Positions 47,551 to 56,153 of a stretch of 64,000 nt of DNA are shown here, piece by piece. Every line of letters begins with the position of its first letter. The first letter of the stretch is position 1. The notes under the pieces were generated by a model, which worked only from the letters and a program-made list of their open reading frames with translations, was not told the origin of the DNA and searched no databases. Source of the DNA: Alphaproteobacteria bacterium (GTDB lineage: Bacteria > Pseudomonadota > Alphaproteobacteria > JAPULJ01); the NCBI GenBank assembly GCA_037387885.1, contig JARRKQ010000003.1:11675-75674 (forward strand), written 5' to 3'. The translations under genes were made by a program, and so were the position numbers.

Positions 47551-48246
47551 ATGGCCAGCACCCCCGAACCGCCGTCACCCTTACGACTGGGGCTCGTTTC
47601 GGGGGCGACCATTGCCTGTTTCGGCGCCGTGCTTTTCCTGCCGGCGGGACGGCTCGACTGGTTCGCTGGCTGGCTCTATCTCGCGATCGTCGTTGTCTAC
47701 TTCGCCGCCAATTACGTCTATCTCAACCGCGTGAACCCCGAGCTGATCGCCCATCGCATGCGCATGGGCAAGGGCACCAAGCGCTGGGACAAGGTCTGGC
47801 TCTGGCTGAACACGCCCGTTTTCCTCGGCATCCATGTCGTCGCCGGGCTAGATGCCGAACGCTTCGGGTGGTCGCAGATGCCGGGATGGCTTTGGCCGGT
47901 GGGGCTTGCGGTGTTCGTTGCGGGGAGCGTGCTGGTCAGCTGGTCGATGGGCGTGAACCCGTTCTTCGAGAAGACCGTACGCATCCAGAGCGAGCGCGGC
48001 CATCGGGTCATCGACACCGGCCCGTACCGCTTCGTCCGCCATCCAGGCTATCTCGGGTTCTTCGGCTGGCTCGTTTCCACGCCGTTGCTGCTCGGCTCGT
48101 GGTGGGCCTTCGTGCCCGCGGCGCTCTCGCTTTTCTCTTTCATTGGGCGCACGGCGCTCGAGGACCGGACGCTGCGGCGCGAGCTGACGGGCTATGAAGA
48201 CTATGCGCGCCGCGTCCGCTACCGGATCCTGCCAGGGGTTTGGTGA
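47551..48246 (+). CDS. Membrane methyltransferase of the isoprenylcysteine carboxyl methyltransferase / PEMT-like family
   Basis: About 5 TM. C-terminal motif ...HRVIDTGPYRFVRHPGYLGFFGWLV...ALEDRTLRRELTGYEDYARRVRYRILPGVW is typical of ICMT/DUF1295-type enzymes. Confidence 0.7.
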   Translation: MASTPEPPSPLRLGLVSGATIACFGAVLFLPAGRLDWFAGWLYLAIVVVYFAANYVYLNRVNPELIAHRMRMGKGTKRWDKVWLWLNTPVFLGIHVVAGLDAERFGWSQMPGWLWPVGLAVFVAGSVLVSWSMGVNPFFEKTVRIQSERGHRVIDTGPYRFVRHPGYLGFFGWLVSTPLLLGSWWAFVPAALSLFSFIGRTALEDRTLRRELTGYEDYARRVRYRILPGVW

Positions 48247-48262
48247 CGCAGGCGGTCGCGCC

Positions 48263-49246
48263 CTAGTCGAAGGCCGTCTGGTGGCGGCTCAGGATCTGCT
48301 CGCCGAACAGGCTGGCGACGAGCTCGACGACGAGCTCCGCCGTGGTGTTGCGCAGATCGAGCGCGGGGTTGAGCTCGGTGATCTCCATCGAGCCGAGCAG
48401 ACCGGTCTCGTAGAGCATCTCCATGCAGAGCTGCGATTCGCGGTAGGTCGGCCCGCCCTTGACCGTCGTGCCGACGCCGGGCGCGATCGTGGGATCGAGG
48501 AAGTCGACGTCGAAGCTCAGATGCAGATGGCCACCACGCTCGGTCACCCGCGCGACGATATCCTCCATGACGCGGCGCATTCGCCGCTCGTCGATCTCGC
48601 GCATGTCGTAGACGGTGAGGCCGGCCTCCAGCACCGCTGCTTTCTCGACATGGTCGACGGAACGGACGCCGAGCAGGCTGATCTCGTCGGCGCCGAGGAT
48701 CGGCTGGCGGCTGCCGAGCGCGGTGAGCTCCGCCGGGCCGTCGCCGCAAAGGACCGCGACCGGCATGCCGTGAATATTGCCCGAAGGCGAGGTCTTGGGC
48801 GTATTGAAATCGGCATGCGCATCGAGCCAGACGACGCTGAGCGGCGTATCGCTTGCGGCGCAATGCTCGGCGACGGCGGCGATGGATCCGATCGCGATCG
48901 AGTGGTCGCCGCCCATCACCAGGGGCAAACGGCCCGCTTGCAGCGATGTGGCGACCACCGCTTTCAGATTGGCGCACCATTCGGCGGCTTCGGCAAGATG
49001 GCGGTAGCCGTCGCGGACCGGCGCATCGGGATTGGGCGGGCCGGAGACATTGCCGCCGTCGATGACGCTCAGGCCCATCTTGCGCAGCATCAGGTCGAGG
49101 CCGGCGACGCGCAGCGCCTCCGGACCCATCGAGCTGCCCCGGTCGGCTGCGCCGATATCGGTCGGCGCGCCGATCAGCTCGATGGTGGGCTTGGCGGACT
49201 TGCCGGACCGGGCGGGCTTGGACGATTTGGCGGACTTGGCGCTCAT
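48263..49246 (-). CDS. rocF: Arginase with a K/S-rich repeat N-terminal extension
   Basis: Ureohydrolase motifs GGDHS, DAHADFN, SFDVDFLDP. The N-terminus is MSAKSAKSSKPARSGKSAKP before the conserved IELIGAPTDIGA. Confidence 0.9.
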   Translation of the reverse strand: MSAKSAKSSKPARSGKSAKPTIELIGAPTDIGAADRGSSMGPEALRVAGLDLMLRKMGLSVIDGGNVSGPPNPDAPVRDGYRHLAEAAEWCANLKAVVATSLQAGRLPLVMGGDHSIAIGSIAAVAEHCAASDTPLSVVWLDAHADFNTPKTSPSGNIHGMPVAVLCGDGPAELTALGSRQPILGADEISLLGVRSVDHVEKAAVLEAGLTVYDMREIDERRMRRVMEDIVARVTERGGHLHLSFDVDFLDPTIAPGVGTTVKGGPTYRESQLCMEMLYETGLLGSMEITELNPALDLRNTTAELVVELVASLFGEQILSRHQTAFD

Positions 49247-49354
49247 GGCAACACGATACCCGCGCGACGCCTAATGGACGCCTAACGGACAGCCCGGCCC
49301 CGCCGCGGCTGACTGCCTAAGAAATGCCTGGGGAAATGCCTGCCTGGGATTGGG

Positions 49355-50254
49355 TCAGCCCGCCTTGGCGGCCTTCGCCTTGTCGAGAATGCCGACGGCG
49401 ACCATGGTTTCCTCGACCCGGCGCTTGGTCTCCTCGGCGATCTCGCAGATCGGCAGGCGCGCCTCGGCGCTGCAGAGGCCGAGCAGGCTTGCGGCATACT
49501 TCACCGGGCCGGGGCTGGTCTCGCAGAACAGCGCCTCGTGGAGCGGCAGCAGGAGATCGTTGATTTCCGTGGCCCGGTCGAGATCGCGCGCGGCCCAGGC
49601 ATCGTGCATTTCCGCGCACAGCGCCGGCGCGACGTTCGACGTCACCGAGATACACCCCACCCCGCCTTGCGACAGGAACGGGATGGCGGTCGCGTCCTCG
49701 CCCGAAAGCTGGATGAAGTCGGGGCCGGTGACGACGCGTTGCTGCAACGGACGCACGAGATCGGCGGTGGCATCCTTCACGCCGACCACATTGGGCAGCG
49801 CCGCCAGGCGGTCCATGGTCTCGACTGTGATGTTCACGATCGAGCGGCCGGGGATGTTGTAGATCAGCATCGGCAACTCGGCCGCGTCGTTGATCGCCTT
49901 GAAGTGCTGGTAGAGGCCTTCCTGGGTCGGCTTGTTGTAATAGGGCGCGACCGAGAGATGGTAGTCCGCCCCCGCCTTCTTGGCGTGCTGGGCGAAGCCG
50001 ATCGCCTCGTCGGTGCAGTTGGAGCCGGTGCCGGCGATGACCGGAACGCGGCCGGCGGCCGTCTCGACACAGACCTCGACCACCCGGCGGTGCTCGGTAT
50101 GCGAGAGCGTCGGCGATTCGCCGGTGGTGCCCACGGGCACGAGCCCGTCGGTGCCGCTTTCGATCTGCCATTCGATCAAGCGGCGGAACGCGCTTTCGTC
50201 GATCTTGCCGTCGCGGAACGGCGTGATCAGGGCGGTGATCGAGCCCTTCAGCAT
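49355..50254 (-). CDS. dapA: 4-hydroxy-tetrahydrodipicolinate synthase
   Basis: MLKGSITALITPF....IDE.AF..LIEWQI..G..GLVPVGTTGES.TLS..EH..V......A.GRVPVIAGTGSN...EAI...., with active-site context GVKDA. Confidence 0.95.
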   Translation of the reverse strand: MLKGSITALITPFRDGKIDESAFRRLIEWQIESGTDGLVPVGTTGESPTLSHTEHRRVVEVCVETAAGRVPVIAGTGSNCTDEAIGFAQHAKKAGADYHLSVAPYYNKPTQEGLYQHFKAINDAAELPMLIYNIPGRSIVNITVETMDRLAALPNVVGVKDATADLVRPLQQRVVTGPDFIQLSGEDATAIPFLSQGGVGCISVTSNVAPALCAEMHDAWAARDLDRATEINDLLLPLHEALFCETSPGPVKYAASLLGLCSAEARLPICEIAEETKRRVEETMVAVGILDKAKAAKAG

Positions 50255-50420
50255 GGCCTCGTCCTCTTTGTAAGTCGTTGTTCGGTCCGGATTCGCTTGG
50301 GCCGGAGCATAACCCCGGCCTGTTTTTGCGGCAAGGGTGCACCCGTATTAACCAATTCCGCCCTTTGCCGGCTGACATCGCGGCGAAAATTTGGCATAAA
50401 TTTAGACAAATTGTGGCAAA

Positions 50421-50456
50421 GATTCGAACGATTCGAACGATTCGAACGATCCGACC
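50421..50456. repeat. 9-bp tandem repeat GATTCGAAC x3 plus a degenerate fourth unit (GATCCGACC) in the dapA/slt divergent spacer
   Basis: Read directly. Each perfect unit contains a GANTC site (GATTC) and a TTCGAA palindrome. Confidence 0.85.
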
Positions 50457-50490
50457 GACGCTCGGACGCGGAGAACTGGGAGGTTCTGGG

Positions 50491-52869
50491 GTGTTTCGAG
50501 GTCTGATAGTGGGTTTGCTCGCGCTGGCGTTGGGCGCGTCGACCAGTTTGGCCGATAGCGGAAAGCCGCGGGTCAAGGCCGCGCCTACGATGAAACCGGC
50601 GGTTAGGCCCGCTGCAGCGGCGAAGAAAAAGCCCGCCGCCCGCACGGTCGCCCGGCGGAAACACCTTATACGCCGGAAATCTGCCGCCAGCGCACGGGCG
50701 CGGGCCCGGGCCGCCGCGAGCGCGCGGGCGAAAGCGAAAGCCGCAGCCGAGCGCGAGCGTCTGGAAGCAGCCGAACGGCGGCGGGTGCGCCTCGAACGGC
50801 TCCAGCCGGCACGGGGCTCGATCGTCCAGCTTGCCATCCGCGACCCGCTGCCGCCGCTCCGCGCCAATGCGAGCGCCGCCGAGCGCGCCTTCCGCGCCAT
50901 GGAAAAGGCAAGCTGGGGTCAGGCGATTGCCGCCTACCGCCGGGTCCGCGATCCCCTGACGCGCAAGATGCTGACCTGGTATCGCCTGCAAAGCCGCACC
51001 AGCGGCGCCTCGTTCGGCGAGATCCACACCTTCCTGCAGCGGAACCCGGATTGGCCGCTCGGCGCGCGCCTGCGCTACCGCGCCGAAATGGCGATGGGCT
51101 GGAGCCATGCGCGCGACGCCGATGTGCTGGCCTTTTTCAAAGACAAGGCGCCGCGCACCTTGAACGGCGCGATGCGGCTCGCCGAGGCGCTGCGCAACAG
51201 CGGCAGGCCGACCGAGGCGACAACGTTGTTGAAGCGGACCTGGGCGCGCGGGCGCACCTTCGGGCCGCAGGAGCGCGCCTTCCTGAAGCGTTTCGGCGAC
51301 GACCTCACCGTCGAGGATCATGCCGCGCGCGTCCACACCATGATCTACCGGAACCGTCGCCGCACCGCGCGCGTCTATATCCGCGCCCATCGCGACAAAT
51401 TCACCGACGGCATGAAGGCGCTGTTCCGCGCGCGTCTGTTGCTGAGCGGCCGGCGCGCGCCGAGCGAGCGCCGGGTGGAGAAGGCGCTGGCGGCGATCCC
51501 CGAGGCCGAGCGCAAGCACCCAGCGCTCGCCCACGATCTCATCCGCTGGCATCGGCGCAAGGACCGGCTGGAGGAGGCCGTCGCGCTCCTGAACGCCACC
51601 GATGCAAGCGGCGAGCCGGAGCGGCCGTGGTGGCAGCAACGCGCCTGGGTGGCGCGGGTGGCGCTCCGCTTCGGCAAGCCGGAGATCGCCTATGCGGTCG
51701 CGCGCGATCATCACGCCAAGGAACGCCGGCACATCTACGAGGGCGAGTGGCTCGCCGGCTGGATCGCGCTCCGCTATCTGCGCAAACCGGCGCTCGCCAA
51801 ACCGCATTTCGAGAGGCTCTACAAGCTCGCGCGCTATCCGGTGAGCTGGGCGCGCGGCGCCTATTGGCTCGGCCGCACCGCCGAGGCGCGCGGCGACCGC
51901 AAGGCGGCGCTCGCCTGGTACCAAAAGGCGGCGCAGTACGTGCAGACCTATTACGGGCAGTTCGCGCTCGCCAAGCTCGGCCGCAAGCACGTGACCTTAC
52001 CGGCGCGGACGGCGATCACGCCTGCCCAGCGCGCCGCCTTCGAGCGCAAGGAGCTGGTCCGCGCGGCACGGCGGCTCGAAGCGCTCAATCAGCGCGACAT
52101 CGCCCGCTGGTTCGTCTTCGCTGCCTTCGACACGGCGAAGACCCCGGCCGAGCGCGCGCTCGCCTCGCAGCTCGGGATCGAGATCGAGCGGCTCGAGACG
52201 GCCGTGCGCACGGCTAAATATGCAGGGCGCTACAAGCAGTTGCTGGTCGAGAGCGGCTATCCGATCATCATGGTGCCGGCGGAGATCGGCGCGGAACCGG
52301 CCCTCATCCTCTCGCTCATCCGCCAGGAAAGCGAGTTCAACCACGAGGCCATCAGCTGGGCCGGCGCGCGCGGCCTCATGCAGCTCATGCCGCGGACGGC
52401 TTACAGGACGGCCCGCAACATCAAGGTGCGCTACAACCGCAAGGCGCTCATCCGCAACCCCCACTACAACATGAAGATCGGCACCTCGCACGTGGTTGAG
52501 CTGATGGAGGAGCTGGGCGGAAATTACGTATTGGTCGCCGGCGCCTACAATGCCGGGATCGGGGCGGTGAATTTTTGGCTCTCCGTGAACGGCGATCCGC
52601 GCGGCGGCAGCGCCGAGCGCTGGATCGACTGGATCGAGGCGATCCCGGTTCCCGAGACACGCAACTACGTTCAGCGCGTGCTGGAAGCGGTGCAGGTCTA
52701 CCGCGCCCGGTTGGGCGATAACACGCTGTCGGTCGCCAACATCGCCAAACGCTGGAACGGCACGGTCGAGCCCATCGACGTGACGCGCGCCGCGAGCGTG
52801 GGCAGCGCCGGCAACGGGAAAGGCTGCGTCACCCAGACTTCGGCGAAGCCGGGCAGCCCCGCCTGCTGA
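50491..52869 (+). CDS. slt: Soluble lytic murein transglycosylase (Slt70-like)
   Basis: Start proposed at GTG 50491 (GGGAGG upstream; VFRGLIVGLLALALGASTSLA signal peptide). Catalytic region LIRQESEFNHEAISWAGARGLMQLMP...AGAYNAG. The N-terminal region is A/R/K-rich low complexity. Confidence 0.85.
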   Translation: MFRGLIVGLLALALGASTSLADSGKPRVKAAPTMKPAVRPAAAAKKKPAARTVARRKHLIRRKSAASARARARAAASARAKAKAAAERERLEAAERRRVRLERLQPARGSIVQLAIRDPLPPLRANASAAERAFRAMEKASWGQAIAAYRRVRDPLTRKMLTWYRLQSRTSGASFGEIHTFLQRNPDWPLGARLRYRAEMAMGWSHARDADVLAFFKDKAPRTLNGAMRLAEALRNSGRPTEATTLLKRTWARGRTFGPQERAFLKRFGDDLTVEDHAARVHTMIYRNRRRTARVYIRAHRDKFTDGMKALFRARLLLSGRRAPSERRVEKALAAIPEAERKHPALAHDLIRWHRRKDRLEEAVALLNATDASGEPERPWWQQRAWVARVALRFGKPEIAYAVARDHHAKERRHIYEGEWLAGWIALRYLRKPALAKPHFERLYKLARYPVSWARGAYWLGRTAEARGDRKAALAWYQKAAQYVQTYYGQFALAKLGRKHVTLPARTAITPAQRAAFERKELVRAARRLEALNQRDIARWFVFAAFDTAKTPAERALASQLGIEIERLETAVRTAKYAGRYKQLLVESGYPIIMVPAEIGAEPALILSLIRQESEFNHEAISWAGARGLMQLMPRTAYRTARNIKVRYNRKALIRNPHYNMKIGTSHVVELMEELGGNYVLVAGAYNAGIGAVNFWLSVNGDPRGGSAERWIDWIEAIPVPETRNYVQRVLEAVQVYRARLGDNTLSVANIAKRWNGTVEPIDVTRAASVGSAGNGKGCVTQTSAKPGSPAC

Positions 52870-52993
52870 CCCAGGCGCTGCAAACGGCCCCCGTCATGGA
52901 CGGTCGTTGTCTTGAACGATCGTTTTGATGGCCCGCCGGGCAGGTGATAGGCTGCGCGCCCGAGCTTCTGCTGCCCCCAACAACGAGACCATC

Positions 52994-53680
52994 ATGGCGA
53001 CGACCAAACTCGAAAACATCGAGGCCTGCGTCTTCGACGCTTACGGAACGCTGTTCGACTTCAACTCGGCGACCGAGCGCTGCCGCGACGTCCTCGGCGA
53101 CAAGGCCGACGAGCTGTCGGCGATGTGGCGCATGAAGCAGCTGCAATACACCTGGCTGCGCGGCCTCATGGGCAAACACGAGGATTTCTGGCGGGTGACC
53201 GGCGACGCGCTCGACTACTCGATGGACACGATGGGGATCGACGACGACGCCGTGCGCGAACGGCTGATGGACTGCTATATGAGCATCGAGGCGTTTCCCG
53301 AGGTGCCGGCGGTCTTGAAGGCGTTGAAGGAGGCGGGCCTGAAGACCGCAATCCTGTCGAACGGTTCGCCCAGGATGCTCGACGGCGCCGTCGATGCGAC
53401 GGGCACGCGCGATCTCTTCGATGCGCTCATCTCGGTCGAGGAGGTCGGCGTCTTCAAGCCGCATCCCTCGGTCTACGATCTGCCCTCCAAGCATCTGGGC
53501 GTGGCGCCGGCGAGCATCTCGTTCCAGTCCTCCAACTCGTGGGATGCGGTGGCGGCGGGCACCTTCGGCATGAAGGTGGTCTGGATCAACCGCTACGGCC
53601 AGCCGCGCGAGCGCCTGACCTACGATCCCGATGTCGAAGGCACGACCCTGAACGATCTCCTGCCCGCGCTCGGACTCTAG
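52994..53680 (+). CDS. Haloacid dehalogenase, type II (HAD superfamily)
   Basis: Starts at ATG 52994: ...ACVFDAYGTLFD (nucleophile Asp motif), ILSNGS, and FKPHPSVY...SSNSWD. Confidence 0.8.
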   Translation: MATTKLENIEACVFDAYGTLFDFNSATERCRDVLGDKADELSAMWRMKQLQYTWLRGLMGKHEDFWRVTGDALDYSMDTMGIDDDAVRERLMDCYMSIEAFPEVPAVLKALKEAGLKTAILSNGSPRMLDGAVDATGTRDLFDALISVEEVGVFKPHPSVYDLPSKHLGVAPASISFQSSNSWDAVAAGTFGMKVVWINRYGQPRERLTYDPDVEGTTLNDLLPALGL

Positions 53681-53698
53681 ACGCGTGCGGGACCAGGC

Positions 53699-54565
53699 AT
53701 GAGCGGATTGGTGGGCGCACGGGGTTACCGCGAGCGCCATATATCGGCGCAGGACGGCCTGTTGCTCTACATCCGCGACTACGGCGATCCGGTCTCGACG
53801 CGCACGCCCCTGCTCTGCCTCACCGGTCTTACGCGGAATTCGACCGACTACCACGATTTCGCCAGCGCGCGCTCGGCCGACCGGCGGGTGATCACGCTCG
53901 ACTACCGGGGCCGGGGCCGCTCCGCCTACGATCCCGACTGGCGGAACTACAAGCCCGAGACCTATATCGGCGACATCCGGCAAGTGCTGGCGGCGACGAA
54001 CTGCCATCACGTGATCTCCGTGGGCACCTCGCTCGGCGCGATGCTGACGATGGGCATGGGCGCGGCGATGCCGACCATGCTGGCCGGGGCGATCCTGAAC
54101 GATGCGGGACCCGAGCTCGACCCGAGCGGGATCGCGCGGATCCTCGACTATGTCGGCGACGAGACGGCCTACGACGACTGGGATGCGGCGACCGCGCGGG
54201 TGGAAGAGCTCTTCCCCAGCCTGCCGATCACCACGAAAGACGGTTGGCGCGCGCTCGCCGAACGCACTTTTCGCACCCGCGATGACGGCAAACTCGTCTA
54301 TGATTGGGACACCGCGATCGTGAAGAACCTGCGGGCGATGAAGGAGCTGCCCGATCTGTGGGCGCTCTTTCATGGGCTGCGCACCGTGCCGGTGCTGGCG
54401 CTGCGGGGCGAAATTTCCGACGTGCTGAGCCCGGCGACCTTCGAGCGGATGGGCGACGACATGCCGAAGCTGACCCGCGTTACCGTCCCCGGCGTCGGCC
54501 ACGTCCCGACGATGGAAGAGCCCGACGCAAAGCAGGCGATCGACGCGTTCCTGGAGACCGTCTAG
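53699..54565 (+). CDS. Alpha/beta hydrolase
   Basis: PLLCLTGLTRNSTDY, nucleophile elbow region ISVGTSLGAML, C-terminal GVGHVP. Confidence 0.75.
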   Translation: MSGLVGARGYRERHISAQDGLLLYIRDYGDPVSTRTPLLCLTGLTRNSTDYHDFASARSADRRVITLDYRGRGRSAYDPDWRNYKPETYIGDIRQVLAATNCHHVISVGTSLGAMLTMGMGAAMPTMLAGAILNDAGPELDPSGIARILDYVGDETAYDDWDAATARVEELFPSLPITTKDGWRALAERTFRTRDDGKLVYDWDTAIVKNLRAMKELPDLWALFHGLRTVPVLALRGEISDVLSPATFERMGDDMPKLTRVTVPGVGHVPTMEEPDAKQAIDAFLETV

Positions 54566-54593
54566 AGGGCAACCGCCCAAGAGGGCTGATACC

Positions 54594-55622
54594 ATGGCCA
54601 GCGCCGCACCGACCGACGCTACCGAACCCGCGCCCAACATCGCCCAGCCGACTTACGACGACATTCTGGCCGCCGCGCGCCGCCTCGAAGGGCTCGCGGT
54701 TCGCACGCCGCTGATCGAGCCGCCGGCGCTCGCCGAGCGCACCGGGGCGCGGGTCTTCGTCAAGGCCGAGACCTTCCAGCGCACCGGCTCGTTCAAGTTC
54801 CGCGGCGCCTACAATCGCATCAGCCAAATCCCCGAGGCCGACCAGCCGAAAGGCGTGGTGGCCTTTTCCTCCGGCAATCATGCGCAGGGGGTCGCCGCGG
54901 CCGCCAAGCTTCTGGGCATGACGGCGACCATCGTGATGCCGCGCGATGCGCCGGCGATCAAGCTCAACCGCACGCGGGCGCTGGGCGCGAGGGTGATCGA
55001 ATACGACCGCGCAAGCGACGCGCGCGAGGCGATCGGCCAGGAGATCGCGGCGGAGACCGGCGCAACGCTGGTGCGGCCCTATGATGATCCCGCGGTGATG
55101 TGCGGCCAGGGCACGGTCGGCTACGAGATTGCCGAGGAGCTGGACGCGCGGGGCATCGCCCCGGACGCGGTGCTGGCGCCGTGCAGCGGCGGCGGCTTGA
55201 TCGCCGGCACCGCAACGGCGCTGGCGGCGCGCTTTCCCGGGCTCGAGATCATCTCGGTCGAGCCGGCGGGCTACGACGACACGGCGCGCTCGTTGGCGGC
55301 GGGCGAACGGGTCTCGAACGCGCGCGGCGGGCCGGCCTCGATCTGCGATGCGCTGATGAGCCCGATCCCGGGCGAGCTCACCTTCCCGGTCAACAGCCGG
55401 CTGCTGGCGCGCGGGCTCGCCGTCGACGACGCGGAGGTACGCGCGGCCGTCGCCTTCGCGTTCCGGGAGCTGAAGCTGGTGATCGAGCCCGGCGGCGCCG
55501 TGGCGCTGGCGGCGCTCCTTGCCGGTCATTACGACGCAAAGGACAAAGCCGTGGTGATCGTCGCCTCGGGCGGCAATGCCGACCCGGCGCTGTTCGCAGA
55601 AATCCTGGAGAGCGCGGCCTAA
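54594..55622 (+). CDS. PLP-dependent threonine/serine dehydratase (fold-type II)
   Basis: PLP lysine motif QRTGSFKFRGAYN, SSGNHAQG, glycine loop PCSGGGLIAG. Confidence 0.8.
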   Translation: MASAAPTDATEPAPNIAQPTYDDILAAARRLEGLAVRTPLIEPPALAERTGARVFVKAETFQRTGSFKFRGAYNRISQIPEADQPKGVVAFSSGNHAQGVAAAAKLLGMTATIVMPRDAPAIKLNRTRALGARVIEYDRASDAREAIGQEIAAETGATLVRPYDDPAVMCGQGTVGYEIAEELDARGIAPDAVLAPCSGGGLIAGTATALAARFPGLEIISVEPAGYDDTARSLAAGERVSNARGGPASICDALMSPIPGELTFPVNSRLLARGLAVDDAEVRAAVAFAFRELKLVIEPGGAVALAALLAGHYDAKDKAVVIVASGGNADPALFAEILESAA

Positions 55623-55652
55623 AACCGGCCTCGCAATGGTAGGCTTCGAGCC

Positions 55653-56153
55653 TTACGACGCCGTTTTGGCGACGGGGGCCTCAACCTCGGAGCGGCCTGC
55701 GCCGCCCTCGACGGTCTTCAAATCCGGCTTGCCGTCGCTGTCGGTCTTGGCCTTGAGCTCGGGCTCGATCGCCTCGGGCTTGCTGTAGCGCTTGAGCGCG
55801 CCCTCGACATGGGCGCCCGGCTCGACGGTGAGGACGTCGTGGACGATGTCCCCAAGCACCCTGGCGCCGGCAACGAGCACGACGGTCTTGGCGCGGATCT
55901 TCCCCTCGACCGCGCCGCTGACCTGCACGTTTTCGGCAATCAGCTGGCCTTGCACGAGACCGTCGGTGCCGACCGTGATGGTGCGGCTCTTGACGTCTCC
56001 GGTGATCGTCCCCTCGATCTGGATATCGCCGTCGCTCGTCATGTTGCCGGTTACTTGCAGCCCGGCGCTGACGATCGATGGCATGGCGGACGTCTTCATA
56101 CGCGGTGGTTCCGACACCGGCTCCCCCTCGGGCTTGCTACCCTTTGAAAACAT
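55653..56153 (-). CDS. Bactofilin (second copy)
   Basis: PSIVSAGLQVTGNMTSDGDIQIEGTITGDVKSRTITVGTDGLVQGQLIAENVQVSGAVEGKIRAKTVVLVAGARVLGDIVHDVLTVEPGAHVEG. Its start overlaps the M23 peptidase stop by 17 nt. Confidence 0.8.
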   Translation of the reverse strand: MFSKGSKPEGEPVSEPPRMKTSAMPSIVSAGLQVTGNMTSDGDIQIEGTITGDVKSRTITVGTDGLVQGQLIAENVQVSGAVEGKIRAKTVVLVAGARVLGDIVHDVLTVEPGAHVEGALKRYSKPEAIEPELKAKTDSDGKPDLKTVEGGAGRSEVEAPVAKTAS

